A stretch of 32,331 nucleotides of DNA from Candidatus Uhrbacteria bacterium (GTDB lineage Bacteria > Patescibacteriota > Patescibacteriia > JACQRZ01): positions 1 to 32,331 of the forward strand of contig JACQRZ010000015.1 in the NCBI GenBank assembly GCA_016206235.1, in the 5' to 3' direction. The notes below the pieces were generated by a model that was given only the letters and a program-made list of their open reading frames with translations, did not search any database and was not told the DNA's origin. This document shows, piece after piece, positions 31,038 through 32,331 of this stretch. Both the position numbers and the translations under genes were made by a program. Within the stretch, counting starts at the first letter, position 1, and each line of letters starts with the position of its first letter.

Positions 31038-32300
31038 ATGGTTGAAGCAACACAAAAATTTTTTTTCTTTTTTGTCAGTACGTACGCTCTTTTGAGCGTC
31101 GCTTTTTTTGCGCATGCACAGGAATTGCATATTGACGCAGCAACGCTAGAAAAAGGGTATTCAGCAAAAAGTACGGATGGTCTCTTTGGTGTCAGTGTTT
31201 TTCCAAAAACATTTACCGCGCCCGTTCAATTATCGATTGAAAAAAAATATTCCAGCACAGATGCCCCATTTTTTGTTCCACCGCCTATTACACACGTATT
31301 CGCAAGCGATGTGTATGCGTATGATCTTAAGCGAGTAAAACCTCAACAACCACTCATTCTGAGTTTGCAAGCAAAAAGTTCAATAGTTGATGATCCCAGC
31401 ATTGCGTATTATGACAGAAATAAAAAGGCATGGTTTTTTTTGCGGTCAAATCTCAATGAAAAAGGTAGTGTAACATCGGCTTTTTCATTGCCGTTTTCGT
31501 ATGTTGCGCTGTTAAGCCCGCGCAGAGAAGTAGCAGAGGTTAATGACATGATGAAAGGTATGCATGCAGGATACGTGCTTGATGATAAGCTTGCCGTGTT
31601 GTATGCGAAAAATGAACACACTCTTTTACCAATCGCGAGTCTTACAAAGCTCATGACGGCGCTCGTGTTTCTTGATCATAATCCAGGATGGTTTTCAAAA
31701 GTAACGATACGTCCGAGCGATGATGCTGCGCCAGCAAAAGTTGCTTTTCGAAAAAATGAAGTCGCCGTTGTAAAAGATTTGTTTTATGCAACGCTCGTTG
31801 GTTCGGCCAATAACACTGCTAAAGCACTGGCACGATCGACGGGACTTTCAGAAAAGGCGTTTGTCTCACGTATGAATGAAAAGGCGCGTTTCTTGGGTAT
31901 GACACATACGACGTTTGCAGACTGCACAGGATTAGACCCTCAGAATCAGTCGACGGCCAAAGATGTCGCACTTCTTGCAAAGACGGCATTTGGTCATCCA
32001 GATATCATGCGTGCAACAGCGACGGCAACCTATGTCATGAATGTAGTGAATACCAAACGCAAAGTTACTATACAGAATACAAATAAACTTATCACCGAGC
32101 CGTATGTATCATATGCAAAAACCGGATTCACTGACGAGGCAGGATATAATTTTGCTGTACGTGTTCTTCACGATAATCGTGAAGTAACAGCAGTTCTTCT
32201 TGGTGGGCGCTTGAGCAAAACGAGATTTGATATAGCAAAGAATATTATTTCAAAACAATTACTATCTCACAATCAAAATATCACAGCGTCTACCCAGTAG
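31038..32300 (+). CDS. D-alanyl-D-alanine carboxypeptidase (S11, PBP5-like) with an N-terminal extension
   Basis: 420 aa with a signal peptide. It has SxxK (ASLTKLMT), SxN (GSANN) and KTG (AKTGFT) boxes. The ~180-aa N-terminal domain is of unknown type. Confidence 0.85.
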   Translation: MVEATQKFFFFFVSTYALLSVAFFAHAQELHIDAATLEKGYSAKSTDGLFGVSVFPKTFTAPVQLSIEKKYSSTDAPFFVPPPITHVFASDVYAYDLKRVKPQQPLILSLQAKSSIVDDPSIAYYDRNKKAWFFLRSNLNEKGSVTSAFSLPFSYVALLSPRREVAEVNDMMKGMHAGYVLDDKLAVLYAKNEHTLLPIASLTKLMTALVFLDHNPGWFSKVTIRPSDDAAPAKVAFRKNEVAVVKDLFYATLVGSANNTAKALARSTGLSEKAFVSRMNEKARFLGMTHTTFADCTGLDPQNQSTAKDVALLAKTAFGHPDIMRATATATYVMNVVNTKRKVTIQNTNKLITEPYVSYAKTGFTDEAGYNFAVRVLHDNREVTAVLLGGRLSKTRFDIAKNIISKQLLSHNQNITASTQ

Positions 32301-32331
32301 TAGGCTTGTCCGGCTTGATTCTTTTTTGCGC

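Overview
The window is a compact, gene-dense bacterial segment. I infer a small-genome Patescibacteria/CPR-like organism from the gene content, the ECF sigma plus DUF5667-like pairing, the giant Thr/Ala/Gly-rich surface proteins and the lack of Shine-Dalgarno sites; this placement is not proven. All product calls come from motif recognition by eye, with no database search.

The left edge carries the 5' part of an ISNCY-like transposase and a decayed subtilisin gene. Housekeeping blocks follow:
- infB-rbfA-clpP (minus strand)
- infC-rpmI-rplT (minus strand)
- a GIY-YIG gene, then smpB plus a 400-nt tmRNA (minus strand)
- an AI-2E family permease
- a UXS-like SDR, an HtrA-type protease, prfB with its classic +1 frameshift, and a D-Ala-D-Ala carboxypeptidase

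Two accessory regions stand out. The first is a small acidic protein followed by a 1526-aa orphan protein with five G(W/F)GTG..NP(D/E) modules. The second is a ~14 kb cell-envelope locus at 13.8-27.4 kb. It holds an ECF sigma, a membrane anti-sigma-like protein, a 1277-aa S-layer-like protein, two paralogous TM-anchored TPR proteins, a 750-aa fibre-like protein with a near-identical 168-bp tandem duplication, a Pro/Thr-linker protein, and an S8 protease fused to FG-GAP repeats.

The most unusual non-coding signal is a family of 'periodic hairpins' that fills most short intergenic gaps. Each arm is a tandem array of a 7-14 nt unit and the two arms are imperfectly complementary. The unit sequence differs between loci, except for one near-identical pair 24 kb apart, and these elements lack terminator U-tracts.

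No gene in the window has an SD at initiation distance, yet the prfB frameshift site keeps a perfectly spaced GGAGG. No CRISPR array, rRNA or tRNA gene was found.
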